Positions 25,788 to 37,208 of a stretch of DNA of 60,000 nucleotides are shown in pieces; within the stretch, counting starts at the first letter, position 1; every line of letters starts with the position of its first letter. Under the pieces are notes generated by a model that was given only the letters and a program-made list of their open reading frames with translations, made no database searches and was not told the origin of the DNA. Where the stretch lies: NCBI GenBank assembly GCA_051294905.1, contig CM119371.1:27468001-27528000 (forward strand). The letters are read 5' to 3'. Source of the stretch: Botryllus schlosseri (lineage: Eukaryota). A program made the position numbers and the translations under genes.

Positions 25788-26057
25788 CCCATCTCGAACG
25801 CCTCTGTGAGCAGTCCAACATATCTGGAATAGGTTCCGGTGACGAATCCCCGAATGTCGCAACGTCGCTATTCGGACTGAGCAATTCCGTCATTGCATCG
25901 GGCAAATCCATATCGTCAGCTATCTGTGCTTCTCGGCGGCGATGAGCGCCTCCCGCTGCGACACCCAGCGCGCGGTTTCTCTCTCTTCGCTCCTTCACAT
26001 CGCGAACCGCCTCAAGCCAGGAGGCTGGTGTCGGTTGATCAACATGAGCCCATCTGT
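25788..26057 (-). CDS. Open phase 1-1 exon 'A' (low-complexity linker, unknown family)
   Basis: ttttccag| acceptor, 270 nt open, |gtgagc donor. Paralog of 34871-35143. Functional status unknown. Confidence 0.5.
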
Positions 26058-26576
26058 CTGGAAAATAGCGGTTTACTATTCGTTATTGTCTTTACAGTCG
26101 AACGGATCCATTCCGTCGGTGATACATAATGAGATTATGAATAACCTGAGCTGAATAGGCTTGGTCAAGGTCTACACTACACGCTGTACAAATTGTAGCG
26201 TTCAAGTCAATAAAAGTGAAACATTTTTGCAACCTGCATTTCATTTGTATCTTATGGGGTTGCATTTAAAACAAACGCTGTTTCGAAACACTTCGTTTGA
26301 TGTTTCAAACAAAGATCTTTTTTAAAAAAAATGTTTTTTCAAGTTGTAGAATTATGTCATAATTGTGTAAATACTTTCCAAAAATCATGTTAAGGAAAGC
26401 AAAGGACGTAGTTTATTTTTGTCCTGGATGTTTTTGCGGCATATACACCGACTCTTGATATACATACACACGATCTGAGCATATGCGTACCACACGAGTG
26501 CATGATGTTCACATGCCGCGGGAAAGAGAAGTGCAGATATAGCTTTCACGGCTTTCTGCTACCCAATGGCGTAAAG

Positions 26577-26640
26577 CAGGGGACTCAAACTCAAATGGCG
26601 TCGCGGGCCAAATTCAAGCCTTCAAATCACTTTCATGGGG
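26577..26640. mobile_element. hAT left-end fragment
   Basis: CAGGGGACTCAAACTCAAATGGCGTCGCGGGCC, similar to the left end at 52591. Confidence 0.6.
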
Positions 26641-27451
26641 TGAACAAAATATTTTGATTTTTTTATAATAATTCTTATATAATAAATTGAAACTTTGTTC
26701 TCCTGTAGCAATGCGGCTACTGGCTGGAATTGAACCACATTTGGTTTGTAGGCTTAAATTAGGTAATCTACCAATTTTATAAAGTAGCCAGTACAATTTA
26801 TGAAAAAAGTCATTTTAGAACACCCCAGTGTACACTGAACAGAACAGAGATGTAGTTGAACGTATTTACGTTCAACTCGTATTTAAACTAATGCTTACTG
26901 GACTATAATGGACGAGGTGAACATCAACTTGGGAGCATTTTCCATAACCTGCTAATTCGCATCGACTGCGTTCATTGAATTTATTCAGAAAAGGAAGGAT
27001 TGGCAACAGTTCCTAACTATTACGGCAATGAAGTAAAAGTACTCAACACATTCGATTGGATGTCACAAGGTTCTTGTGAAGATCAATGTGCCACTTGTCT
27101 GATATATTTTCATAAGGTAAATTCAAAGGAGCTACAGAATCTCAGATTTTCAATTAACTGTGGAATAGCATAGGTAAATTCTTATAATGAAAATCAGAAC
27201 CCATATTGACAACGGTTCTTATATTACTTGAGATGCATAATCTATTCATCAAATTAACACATTCTATAGAATTCACCTCATTTATTTTCTGATATCGTTG
27301 CTAATCTTGGTCTTATGCCAGGGGCGGGAAACTTCTCCGGTCGATGGGCCTGATATTGGAGAATGAAGTACTTGGCGGGCGGCCATACATACATCAAGCA
27401 CCCATGTATCCAACTACACAGGGAATACGTCGTATTTAATGTAGTTCAAAG

Positions 27452-28241
27452 CAGTGGTTCTCAACCGCCGGTCCGTGACGTCGTTCCTGCCAGTCCACCA
27501 CGTATATTACAATTTCATACCTTAATTTCAATATGCAATGTGGAAGGCTTCGTCCATTGATAAAATGAAAAATCAAATTTCAAACTGATTCAGAACTTCG
27601 TGAGGTCACATTAAGGCTGGAAACGTGTTCGATTAGACTTATAGTTCAAGACGTGTCATTTGACGACATGTGAGCGACAAACACAGAACAGATACGAGCT
27701 GACTCTTCGCTAGACAGCGCAGTTTGCGCGATCATTCGTTTTCGATTTTGCAAATGAGCATAAATCATAGCGTATTTGATATATTTTCAACATTTTTCAA
27801 TTTCTTTTCGCGCTTGGCGCGATTTAGTGTCACTAAATGTCTTGAAATACGCATTACTTATATAAAATAGGCATTTCGGCGTCAGCCATTACCGCGACAC
27901 GACGCACCAACACATAATGAAGTTTTGGCTATCATGGGACTCCGAAAGGTGTGCCAAAAATTCCGCAGCGAGAAAACCGATTCAGTCATGAATGATCGAT
28001 AATTTTCGCTATTGGCGCGATTAAGCTACATAAACTCTCTGCTTCCATCGAGTAGAATGAATATGCTCATAAGTACATGTGAAAACATCCATCCGACTGT
28101 AGGGTCTAGGGGCGAAGCCCCCGGAAGTTTGGCTTATGGCGCAGTGTGGGCCCAAGACCAACGTATTTGGGGTGGGCTGACGAAGTGTTTTTTCGATCCG
28201 GATTAGCGGCTCGCCGGTATAGTTGCTGATGCATTACCCTG
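27452..28241. mobile_element. Decayed hAT MITE
   Basis: Left TIR CAGTGGTTCTCAACC, internal module shared with ~6505-6570 and ~23830-23905, degenerate right end. Confidence 0.5.
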
Positions 28242-28764
28242 ATATAAATACTTGTAATGCAGCACTAGAATATTTTTGATGCCTGGTTATAGTGGGACCA
28301 ATTTCATTAAGAGCTAACAAATACTTGTGGCTGGTTTAGTGGTACCGATACACTTTTGTTTGGTAATAATAAAATTTGGAATTTACAAACCATAATCAGA
28401 TAGTTTTCCATAAGTTGTAATGATTTGCGTTGATCATATTTTCTGCTAATGGACGTAGCCTATGAATTTGATTCCATGCCCCTGTCACGAAAATTTAAGA
28501 CACTAAATGATATTTTGTTATCACTATCCCAATGCATCGTTTTCATTCCCATGTTTGAGTGAGTTGTATGATATTTGTAGTGAGTTTGCTCTGAATCATT
28601 TGCGATGTTCGTGATTTCATGGACTATTCCGGAAACGGTATCAACTGCTGATTTTTCAATTTATGAAACCCTGTCACAGCAGGACTGACAGACGAAATAC
28701 CAATCATATGGTAACTTTACTATTCTTAGAAGTTACAATGAAATGTTGGTCTTGCCACCCCATA

Positions 28765-28957
28765 GTATCAAGTCATAAGACTTGTTCGAGTCATGCACAA
28801 TGTCTCGAGTCCAAGTCGAATCTATACACAAATTGAATCGGATCCAGTCCATTCATTTGACGCATTTGAAAAATTGAGACGAGTCAAGTCGAGTCACCAG
28901 AGAATCGCGAATCGCGTCGCACTCGAGTCGAGGTATGCCTCGGTCATTACAACCCTG
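28765..28957 (-). mobile_element. Terminal fragment of a GACTCGAGTC-family hAT MITE
   Basis: Reverse-oriented left end ending GTCATTACAACCCTG. Confidence 0.75.
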
Positions 28958-29317
28958 CTCGCAGATACTGCTGGCGTTATCACAGTGACTGAATATGGAT
29001 TTGAAGATTCTACTTATCTGTAGTGCCATAGCCATTATGAGACGCCTGTCAATATTCATTTATCAAATTCGATAGTAGCCTATCCGTGTTTGCGACCCTG
29101 GGGAGCACGGACTTTTTGAAACTATATACCAGAGTTCTTTTCATGCCTACATTTTCTACTTCGACTTGGTCAAGGCTTGATATGTGCTGGAAATTGCAAC
29201 TTATACATGTAATGGAGTAGAAAGTTACAGCTTCGTATCTACTTTGAGTTCTAATCCTGACTACTTTGACCACCTATTTTGATAGATCACATCGTGCAAC
29301 TCATTACGTTTACTTAC

Positions 29318-29620
29318 TTGGGTCTATGTTTTCGGACACCGGTCTTTTGGACTCTGCATGGTGGCGAGGCTCGTCGTGACTAATCGATGGGGGTAGAGGC
29401 AGAGATTTCGGTCTGTCTACCGTGGCATTTTGACGAGCTAGACGCCGATTGATCTTTCGGCCGACTGCCTCATTATCGACGTTGTCACAAGCGGTAGTTG
29501 TTGGTTCTGTTGAAATGCAACGGCGATTAGTAGGGATCGACAACATCCAGTGCCTATAGGTGATTTTATTCCGAATATCGAGTATTAGGCTTCGAGCTCG
29601 GTATGGAGCATGTGGGTATG
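29318..29620 (-). pseudogene. Exon 'B' paralog (YRHWM..ISTEPTTTACDNVDNEAVGRKIN..HDEPRHH..)
   Basis: Open frame, phase-1 |gtaagt donor, synonymous third-position differences versus 34572-34783. The 5' boundary is uncertain. Confidence 0.55.
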
Positions 29621-30113
29621 GCTTATTTTGAAGTTATAAGAGACTGGAACATGTGATAGGTTCACATACAGTTGACGCCGGTGAATAAGGACACGTTGGT
29701 TCCACTCTTTTTTGCTGAATTAAACCGCTTTTTTCGAATTGGCAGAAAATGAATTGTTCCTTTCATGGCCATGCGTAAAGGCAGTCAAAACCATAATGTT
29801 GCGGTTATAAATGAACCTCAACTGCGCTACCGTGGCAAGGATCGCAAAAACCGCTCCAGACTACTACATTTGGGTTTCTTGCATTACATTGTACCGTATT
29901 TCGATAACGGATGCTTTAGCAAAAACAATATCACGGTGCAATACAGACGCGATTAAAATAGTACAATAATTCTCAACACACTTACGCATGCAGCAACGGC
30001 AGAAACGAGATTTTCACCTAATATAAGTACACCACCAAGCACTAGGAATTACTGAAAAAAGAATTTAACCCGACGGAAAATAATATACGGAATTCTAATA
30101 ATGCTCTATAGCA

Positions 30114-30502
30114 CAGTGCTTCCCAACGTGGGCGATATCGCCCCACAGGGCGCGATTTGTCGGTCTAGGGGGGCGAAAATGACGAAGGGGGCGATAGGGG
30201 GGCGAAAATGGACAAAGGAGGCGACGGGGGGTGAAAATAGCGAAGGGGGCGATGACGCGTTAATACGGCTATTTTGGAGTCAAGTCGGAGAAATGACCTT
30301 TTTTTTAATCAACCCACGAAGATTCAGTTGCAAAAGTGTAAAATTCGACGTCGAGGCGAAAAGTTGACCTTTTTTTAGTCAACCCGCTTGTGATTACAGT
30401 TTGTATACCGATTTTTCGGTTCACAAAATTTGGGGAGCGATGATTAGCGTTGAGCTTAGCGTAAAAAGGGGACGATGAGTCGAAAAAGGTTGGGAACCAC
30501 TG
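30114..30502. mobile_element. hAT MITE
   Basis: CAGTGCTTCCCAAC / GTTGGGAACCACTG, GGGGCGA repeats, degenerate TSD. Confidence 0.8.
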
Positions 30503-30657
30503 CAACAGAAGGCTGGATCCACAAGGCACAATGCTTCCGTGACCTTACGTTTGTGATACGGCTGTGGCTGAAGGTAGGCTCAAAGTTAAATAACTAACGG
30601 TTCCACAAGTTCGTCAACACCAGATTCCACACTCAACGTACTATCAGGGAATTGTGA

Positions 30658-30820
30658 ACCTGTATCCGAATGAACGGGAGCTTATATTCCGCTCCCGAGC
30701 ATTTTGGAATTGAGAACCTGTGTCCGCATCGACAGGAGCTTTTGTTCCGCTCCGGAACATTTTGGCGGTATAAAGCAGTTGCCCGGATTACTATGTATCC
30801 GAATTAGGGGAAATCGACTG
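30658..30820 (-). mobile_element. pogo/Tigger-like MITE end fragment
   Basis: Terminus reads TA-CAGTCGATTTCCCCTAATTCGGATAC on the minus strand, with a ~60-bp internal direct repeat. Partner end not seen. Confidence 0.5.
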
Positions 30821-31339
30821 TATGTACTTTTATGCGGCCACACAGAAAGCAATGCCAATTCTGGTGCGCTTGTCATGAACTTGATATTTATTCGTAAATA
30901 GGCTACATATTTCGTTGCACTTTGTGCCGTCCGACTGATCGGAAATAATTGTAACTCGAAATTCCTGCTACTTCATGGCTTGATTTCTTTTGTAAGGGAC
31001 AAATGAGGGACTGATAAGCGTGGTCCCAAACGGATTTGGTTAACAGACGATAGCAAATGAGGGGAAAATGTCGCCAAGAATTAGGGGGACACAAAATTGT
31101 CTCCCAATTTCTTTTCGTCCCCCAACTGCTACAAAAATAAGTACGATTGTCTCCCAAAGTAGCCTAATAGGTAGGCCTAAATATATATATGTGTGTGTGT
31201 TCTCTCGGAATCACATGCGGGGAGCAATTTTTGACAATGTAGCTACATCTAGAAAATGATCTCACCCATACTCATTGTCCCCCACCGGGCAGCGTGTCCT
31301 GGTGCCCACGTAACGAGTTCGCTGCCAGTGAAGCTCCAT

Positions 31340-31960
31340 TGCTCATTCTCGACTTCTGTGCAAAATATATGTGTTGAAACTCTTTTTAAAATATACTTCG
31401 ACTTACATTCAGAACATCTTATTAGTAAAAGCTGCTTACCTTTCCTTATTTTGTAATTTGGAAAGTAGACGGTAGTTTAGGGATATCTGTGCATCACGTT
31501 CGTGAGTGATTTTGTCACAACGGGCGATATAGCCCAGAATGCTGTCAAGCCATTTATTTGTAGAACTTCCAAGCCATTCACTTCCTAGCCCTCACGAAGT
31601 AGTTTACATATCAAAGCAGTATCCATACTACGGTGACTAATTAGTAATTATATATCTGAATGCGGTATACTTAGTTGTATTGTCATTGTTCAGTTCAACT
31701 TAATAGGGCATATTCAATTTGCGAATTATCTAGTAGACGGCGACACGACGGACCAGGAGCCCAGAATAACCTCTGCGTTTTCCATGTCATGAATGCTCGA
31801 GAAAATGCCGGGTACTAATATTAAAACAGTTTTATTTTTGAATGTGTCAGGCTTGGGTCGCGAAATGCCACTAAAAACTAGAATTTGGGTAGCGCTCTGG
31901 AAAGTTAAAGAACCAGTGGCATAGAAGATGATTCCAGTTTTGTCGCGATTGACATCAACT
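31340..31960 (-). pseudogene. RRM-like remnant
   Basis: TGSLTFQSATQIL..NKTVLILVPGIFSSIHDMENAEVIL.., with stops downstream. Confidence 0.4.
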
Positions 31961-31964
31961 AGCT

Positions 31965-33524
31965 CAGTGGTTCCCAACCTTTTTCATCTCCTGCCTCCCT
32001 TGGCCGAAATTTGAGCCAAAATTCCCCCCTCAGGAGAAATCTGCCAATGATTAAAAAAGGTCATTTTTACCGCTCAAACACTTGTTGACCGAAGAATAAG
32101 ACGGGCGGTACAGAGTGTTTGTTTCTAGCAGGGCTGTAACAACACTTTGCAGACCTCCAAAAACAATGGTCTTGGTCCTAATCAAACATATTCTGGAAGG
32201 CTTGACTCAACAGACCCCCACACTTCCATTTGTGTGTTTCGGCTTACCATACACCAATCGCTAATATAACTGCTGTGAAAAATCAGTATGCATAAATTTA
32301 CTGGTCTCGCGATTTTTTTCTCAAGTTTGCGTATGCATTTGGACAATAATATTGGTGCTTTCATACATAGCAGGATTGACCAGACTCGAGTCACCATTTT
32401 CTGAACAATCGACTTGACTCGAGTCATTTTTTTCAAAATAGGGAAAAGATTCGACTCGAGTAGACACAATCTGTGTATTGACTCGACTTGTGCTCGAGTC
32501 ATTGTGCATGACTCGAACCAAGCCATATGACTCGAGACTATAAGACGGCCTAGCTAGACCGACACTCCATTGTAATTTCGAAGAACAGTAAAGTGGCCTT
32601 CGTGTTGGAATTTCGTATATTGGTCATGGTACTTGAAAATGCGACAAGAAACTGCTCGAAGTGAGGAAAATTAGTATAGTATGAATCAAAATCATTCAAT
32701 ATCACCAAAAAGAGTTATAAAAAGTGGGTTTAACAAGACTACAACTGGAAACTGAGCAGTCAACACAATGACTTAGACTCGGACTCGGGTCATAATACAA
32801 TGACTCGGACTTGACCATCTGCTAGGTGACTTGGACTTGACTAAATGTTGAATTGAAAATGACTCGACTTGACTCGAGTAAAAACTATGAAAGTGAGATT
32901 GACTTGTGACCCGGAGCCTCGTGACTTGGTTACAGCCCTGATATATAACATATAAGTGATCATATTTCCTGCTGGAGCTCATTGAAAGTTAGGACACCCA
33001 CTCCGTTTCAGCAACATTGCACCAAGTTTACCATGTATTTTTTCCGTTGGGTAGCTGCTCACTAAAAATAAAGCAAGGCTAGCGATCTCTTTGACTTGAA
33101 TCGATGACGTTGGAATATTCAGTCACTGTCTGAAAATGTTGACTTGAAAATATAAGATAAATACTTTCATTAGAGGCTTTGTTGTGATAGATTCGGCAAG
33201 ACATTTACTCGCTTAGAACATGTTTGATTGAGAGTCCGTCGCTGTCCTACAAAATTGTCTTGCAAACTGCAGCACATCAGAACTAGTTTAAAAAACAACA
33301 AGGGGGAATTCGTATGCGAGAAAGAGATTTCAAATAGCATTTGAACATACTTTCAGTAAAAAACAGAAATAAGGAGCATACATTTGGATATAACTGGTTG
33401 ACTACATGACAGTTCGGACATGAGCAATTTGAGAAATCCGTTACAATTATAAAGTGGTATTCCTCCCTAAAAATTGCAAAATTCCCCCACAAGGGGGGAA
33501 TTCCTCCCCGGTTGGGAACCACTG
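31965..33524. mobile_element. hAT MITE (CAGTGGTTCCCAAC family) with nested insertion
   Basis: TIRs at 31965 and 33524, with a second similar end at 33938. TSDs do not match, so the pairing is uncertain. Confidence 0.6.
32371..32940 (+). mobile_element. GACTCGAGTC-family hAT MITE
   Basis: Right TIR GTTACAGCCCTG, left CAGGATTG, TSD atacatag/atatataa. Confidence 0.85.
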
Positions 33525-33544
33525 GCCTATGCTATTAAAAGAAC

Positions 33545-33850
33545 TTGAAACTAAATAAATATCTAATTTCATTTGTAACGAGCCTGGATGTGCTATTAAT
33601 TAGCGAGTCCATGATTTCCCTCGAGTACATGTTCAGGAATACGAGCTCTTATTGCAACAAATCAGGATATTTTCTATTACTACGTTTCGTGATCGATGGT
33701 GTACAAATGAATAAAAACAGTTGCTGGACGTCACGTGTTGCTATCCACGTGATTCTTGCGAATCGGAGGCACTGATAACATGAATTGCTGAAGTGTGAAT
33801 GAGATATCGCTCGGCATTTCTAAACGAACTTTATTAAAGGAGAACTATAA
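33545..33850 (-). pseudogene. RRM-like remnant
   Basis: NKVRLEMPSDISFTLQQFML..TVFIHLY.. and VVIENI(fs)PDLLQ*ELVFLNMY..RYLFSFK. Confidence 0.35.
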
Positions 33851-33941
33851 AGATCTTTTTCAAAAGTGAGTCTATTCCCCACCAGAAATCTCGAAATTCC
33901 CCACCAGTGGGGAATTCCCCACCGTTTGGGATCCACTGTTC

Positions 33942-34326
33942 TAGGGCTACCATGCGTCCTCTTCAAGAGGATTTGTCCGCTTTTCGAATTTTTACAAAGT
34001 GTCTTTGGAGGATGGCCAAATGTCCTCTTTTTGAGAATTTTGGTTAAATATAGGGAAAATTAGACTGACATGCAGTAAATCAGCACTGAAGTAACGCTCC
34101 GACGGCTATTTCGGGAGCAGAGCCGGAAAGTTTTATAGTCAACCAACTAATAATGTGAAAGAAAAGCTGTCTTTTGGGAGCTGAGCCGGAAAGTTGACGT
34201 TTTTTCTAGTCAACCGACCACAAAGTGCCGACAATTCACCATATTTTTTCAAGATTGCCCTTCGGTATCGCAAGTCTGAAAAGTTTTAAAAAGCTATTTT
34301 CGGATTTCCGAAATGTGATAACCCTA
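33942..34326. mobile_element. hAT MITE, TAGGGTTACCA family
   Basis: TAGGGCTACCATGCGTCC ... GATAACCCTA, homologous to 58609-59431. Confidence 0.8.
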
Positions 34327-34571
34327 GCATATATAAATTGCAAAGTCTCTAGTAGCCAACTTCGAACATCTGCTAAAGGTATTTACTGAGTGAACCTATC
34401 CAATACTTGACTACCTTCGGGTGTTAATATTTCCCTCCACTTGTAATATGTTTTGATATGTAATGAAATATAACTGACATTTATTTGACCGAGAAATTGA
34501 CGGCGCTATTTCTAAATTTTTTAGTACCTCTTATGATTGATCGTATGCAGCAACTCACATTGATTACTTAC

Positions 34572-34783
34572 TTTGCTCTCTATTTTCGGAGTCATGGACT
34601 TCGTACGGGGTGTGGTAGCGAGGAACGTCGGGACCAAACGACGAAAATACCAGAAGACTTGTAGGTCTGTTTGCATTGTTATTTTGATCAGCTCGACTAC
34701 TATTGTTGTTTCGATTGGCGTCCTCATCATTTCGGTCGTCGCAGGCTGTGGTTGTTGGTTCTGTTGAATTGGCAAGGCCCTCA
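34572..34783 (-). pseudogene. Exon 'B' paralog, 5'-shortened (EGLANSTEPTTTACDDRNDEDANRNNN..)
   Basis: ttctag| acceptor and |gtaagt donor. The conserved frame is out of phase with upstream exon A. Confidence 0.55.
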
Positions 34784-34870
34784 CTAGAACTTGTGTACTA
34801 GCGTGCGACGATAAGAAATCCATGCCAGTTATGCGTTGCATGACAATACCTACCTATTTTTCGAACATAC

Positions 34871-35143
34871 CTATTTCACTGCACGTTGAGCCGTCCAACA
34901 AATCAGGTAAATCAGGTTTAAGTTCCGGTGAGAAGTTCTCGGCGGCCGTATCTTCGCTTCTCGGCCTTGGCAATCCCAGCTCTAAATCTATCGACGGATA
35001 CTGAACCATCCGTGCTTCCGGGTGGCCATGCGCGCCTGCCGGTGTATCATTTCTGCTGCTGTGCGTCTCTACCGGATTAGCCACCATAGGTGATGGTGAT
35101 GGTGGCACCAGGACAGTGGGAACCCATTGGCCAGTGTCACGGT
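34871..35143 (-). CDS. Open phase 1-1 exon 'A' paralog
   Basis: tttctag| acceptor, 273 nt open, |gtatgt donor. AGAHGHPEA..SPELKPDLPDLLDGS compared with GGAHRRREA..SPEPIPDMLDCS. Confidence 0.5.
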
Positions 35144-36180
35144 CTAGAAATAGCGGTTTACTAATCTTTACAGTGTATCGTTATTAAGGCTGGTCCCAAT
35201 GATTCGAGTAATAATTCTAATGGTGGTCCTGTACTTCATTGTAATTAAACGTTAATTTATCAGAATAAGGCAGTAAGCAGGTAAACCGATTGTTCGTATA
35301 TCACCGTACAAACGGCGTACCTATATACGTAATTTGTTTTGGTACAACAAAAGATACTTTCGTACGTTCTCGGGTAGAAAGTGTCTGTCCTGAAAGTACA
35401 TTCTCGGGTAAAAAGTGTCTGTCCTCGCTAAGTATATTGCCGAGAATAGGGAAAGAACGTTCAACAGCAGTAAATATTGGCTGGCTACACTGAAGTCGTG
35501 TGTACAGTGTACACTGCTTGTGACACACCGTGTTCCTTTGTTCTGACAATGTTGTCTACAATACCATTCAATGCCCAAGTAGTCTGGTTTCAGTTAGGAT
35601 AGTCATTGCGGTACGCTGACCTCTTGACCATAACACCATGTCAACATATTTATTTAATTTGACCGTCTACAACGGTAGGCATATAATGTCGGCTACAAGC
35701 TGTAAAATATTAAATGATAAATAAGTCCTCGGACAGTGCAAAATCTACGACACATACGAAATGCAGGGATCAAAATTTACTTTGTACACAATTGACAATT
35801 TTAGACCTAACGTTACAAGTTTGACTCATTTTGACATGTAAAAAAATGGCCCTACTTATAGTAGGCTATGTCACAGGCTACCGTTTGGTATTACTTTGCT
35901 GTAAAGACATGGCTCAGAATGCCTATTGCTGGTTCACGGCTTCCCGAATAGAAGGTCGCTGAAATCGCTGAATGTTGTTCTTTTCGAAACAGATAGACGG
36001 CTTTCAAAATCCATTGCGAAATTTTAATGGTTCGAAAGAATATGTAAATGTTAGAAAAACATGTCTCAACTTTGCTAGAGATGATCTGTTCTGTGGTTAC
36101 GGTAGTCCGATAACGGGTACGATAGGGACGGGATGGATAAATTACTTCTCATGTAGCATGATGACATACATGCTCACAGC

Positions 36181-36596
36181 TAGGGCTGCATCCAAACCAA
36201 ATCGTTGTTCAAAACGCTTTGCTTAAAACATGGTTTAAACAAAACCTTAAAAAATTGTGTTTTTTTCAAGTTGCATAAATATGCCATAATTGTGTAAATA
36301 CTTTAAAAAAACCTGTATGAGCCTACGGACGATTGCCACCCGATATAGCCTACGTATACCATATGGGATGGATAGAACCCACGAATTAACAGGTTTAAAA
36401 GCTATAGTATGTAGATATTTCGTCAAATAGTTTTATTCACCCGTTATTTTCAATTGTCAATGTCAATCCACTATGACGTCACAATTGAGTATTCGTGACG
36501 TCATGGCTTAAAATAAAATAAAAACACATGTTTCAAACCAGGGCCTCGTTTTAAACATGTTTGATTCAAATTTATTTTTGTTTTATACGCTCCCTA
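36181..36596. mobile_element. TAGGG-terminus MITE with AAAC/GTTT repeats
   Basis: TAGGGCTGCAT ... ATACGCTCCCTA. A related left part lies at ~26255-26390. Confidence 0.65.
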
Positions 36597-36731
36597 CTCG
36601 CTTGTTTTGAACACTGAAGTATCCATGTACTATATGTATAGAATATTTCAATTACTACAATCGCGTGTGATAAGGTGACGACGTGATTCGTGCAATTTAT
36701 ATTCTGGCTATAGCGATAAAATGGTTCTTAC

Positions 36732-36821
36732 CTAAACGCATCGTCTTCCGCCGGGTACCAGCTCCCGGTACCGGCGTATTGTCATCGCTTCTATTCCAGT
36801 TCCCGCGATGATCTGCGCGCC
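36732..36821 (-). CDS. Open phase 1-1 exon (RADHRGNWNRSDDNTPVPGAGTRRKTMRL)
   Basis: cttacacag| acceptor, |gtaaga donor, 90 nt, GC-richer than its flanks. Confidence 0.5.
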   Translation of the reverse strand, partial: GAQIIAGTGIEAMTIRRYRELVPGGRRCV

Positions 36822-36879
36822 CTGTGTAAGATATTCGTATTCACAACACGTCATAGGCGATCAGTAACGAAGTACTTAT

Positions 36880-37170
36880 GCCTTCTTTTCATACTTAATT
36901 ATGCTTTGCCCACTTGCTCTCCTTACTCAATAGGATATAATTTCAATTACCCCACCTCCACACACAATAGTTTATCAGGAGAAACTGTCTACTTTTAATA
37001 CTGTTAATACTGTAAAGTAGAAGGTAGTCTTGGGATATTTGGCATGTTTGAAATTGTGTTATCAACGGGACTAATCGGCTCGTTGAAAAATGCTATATAG
37101 GATCATTAGTTATTTAGCGCAATCGTATGAAATCATTCTACAATTCCGTAAGAAAAACGCCTTCAATCAA
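36880..37170 (-). pseudogene. Heavily decayed DED-like remnant
   Basis: VFLTEL*NDF..QDYLL..(fs)VSPDKLLCVEV..(fs)IIKYEKK, ending at a degenerate donor ataagt upstream of the 36821 exon. Confidence 0.3.
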
Positions 37171-37208
37171 CTGCTCAGAGTATTCAACGTTTTGACTACT
37201 GTTAAGTA

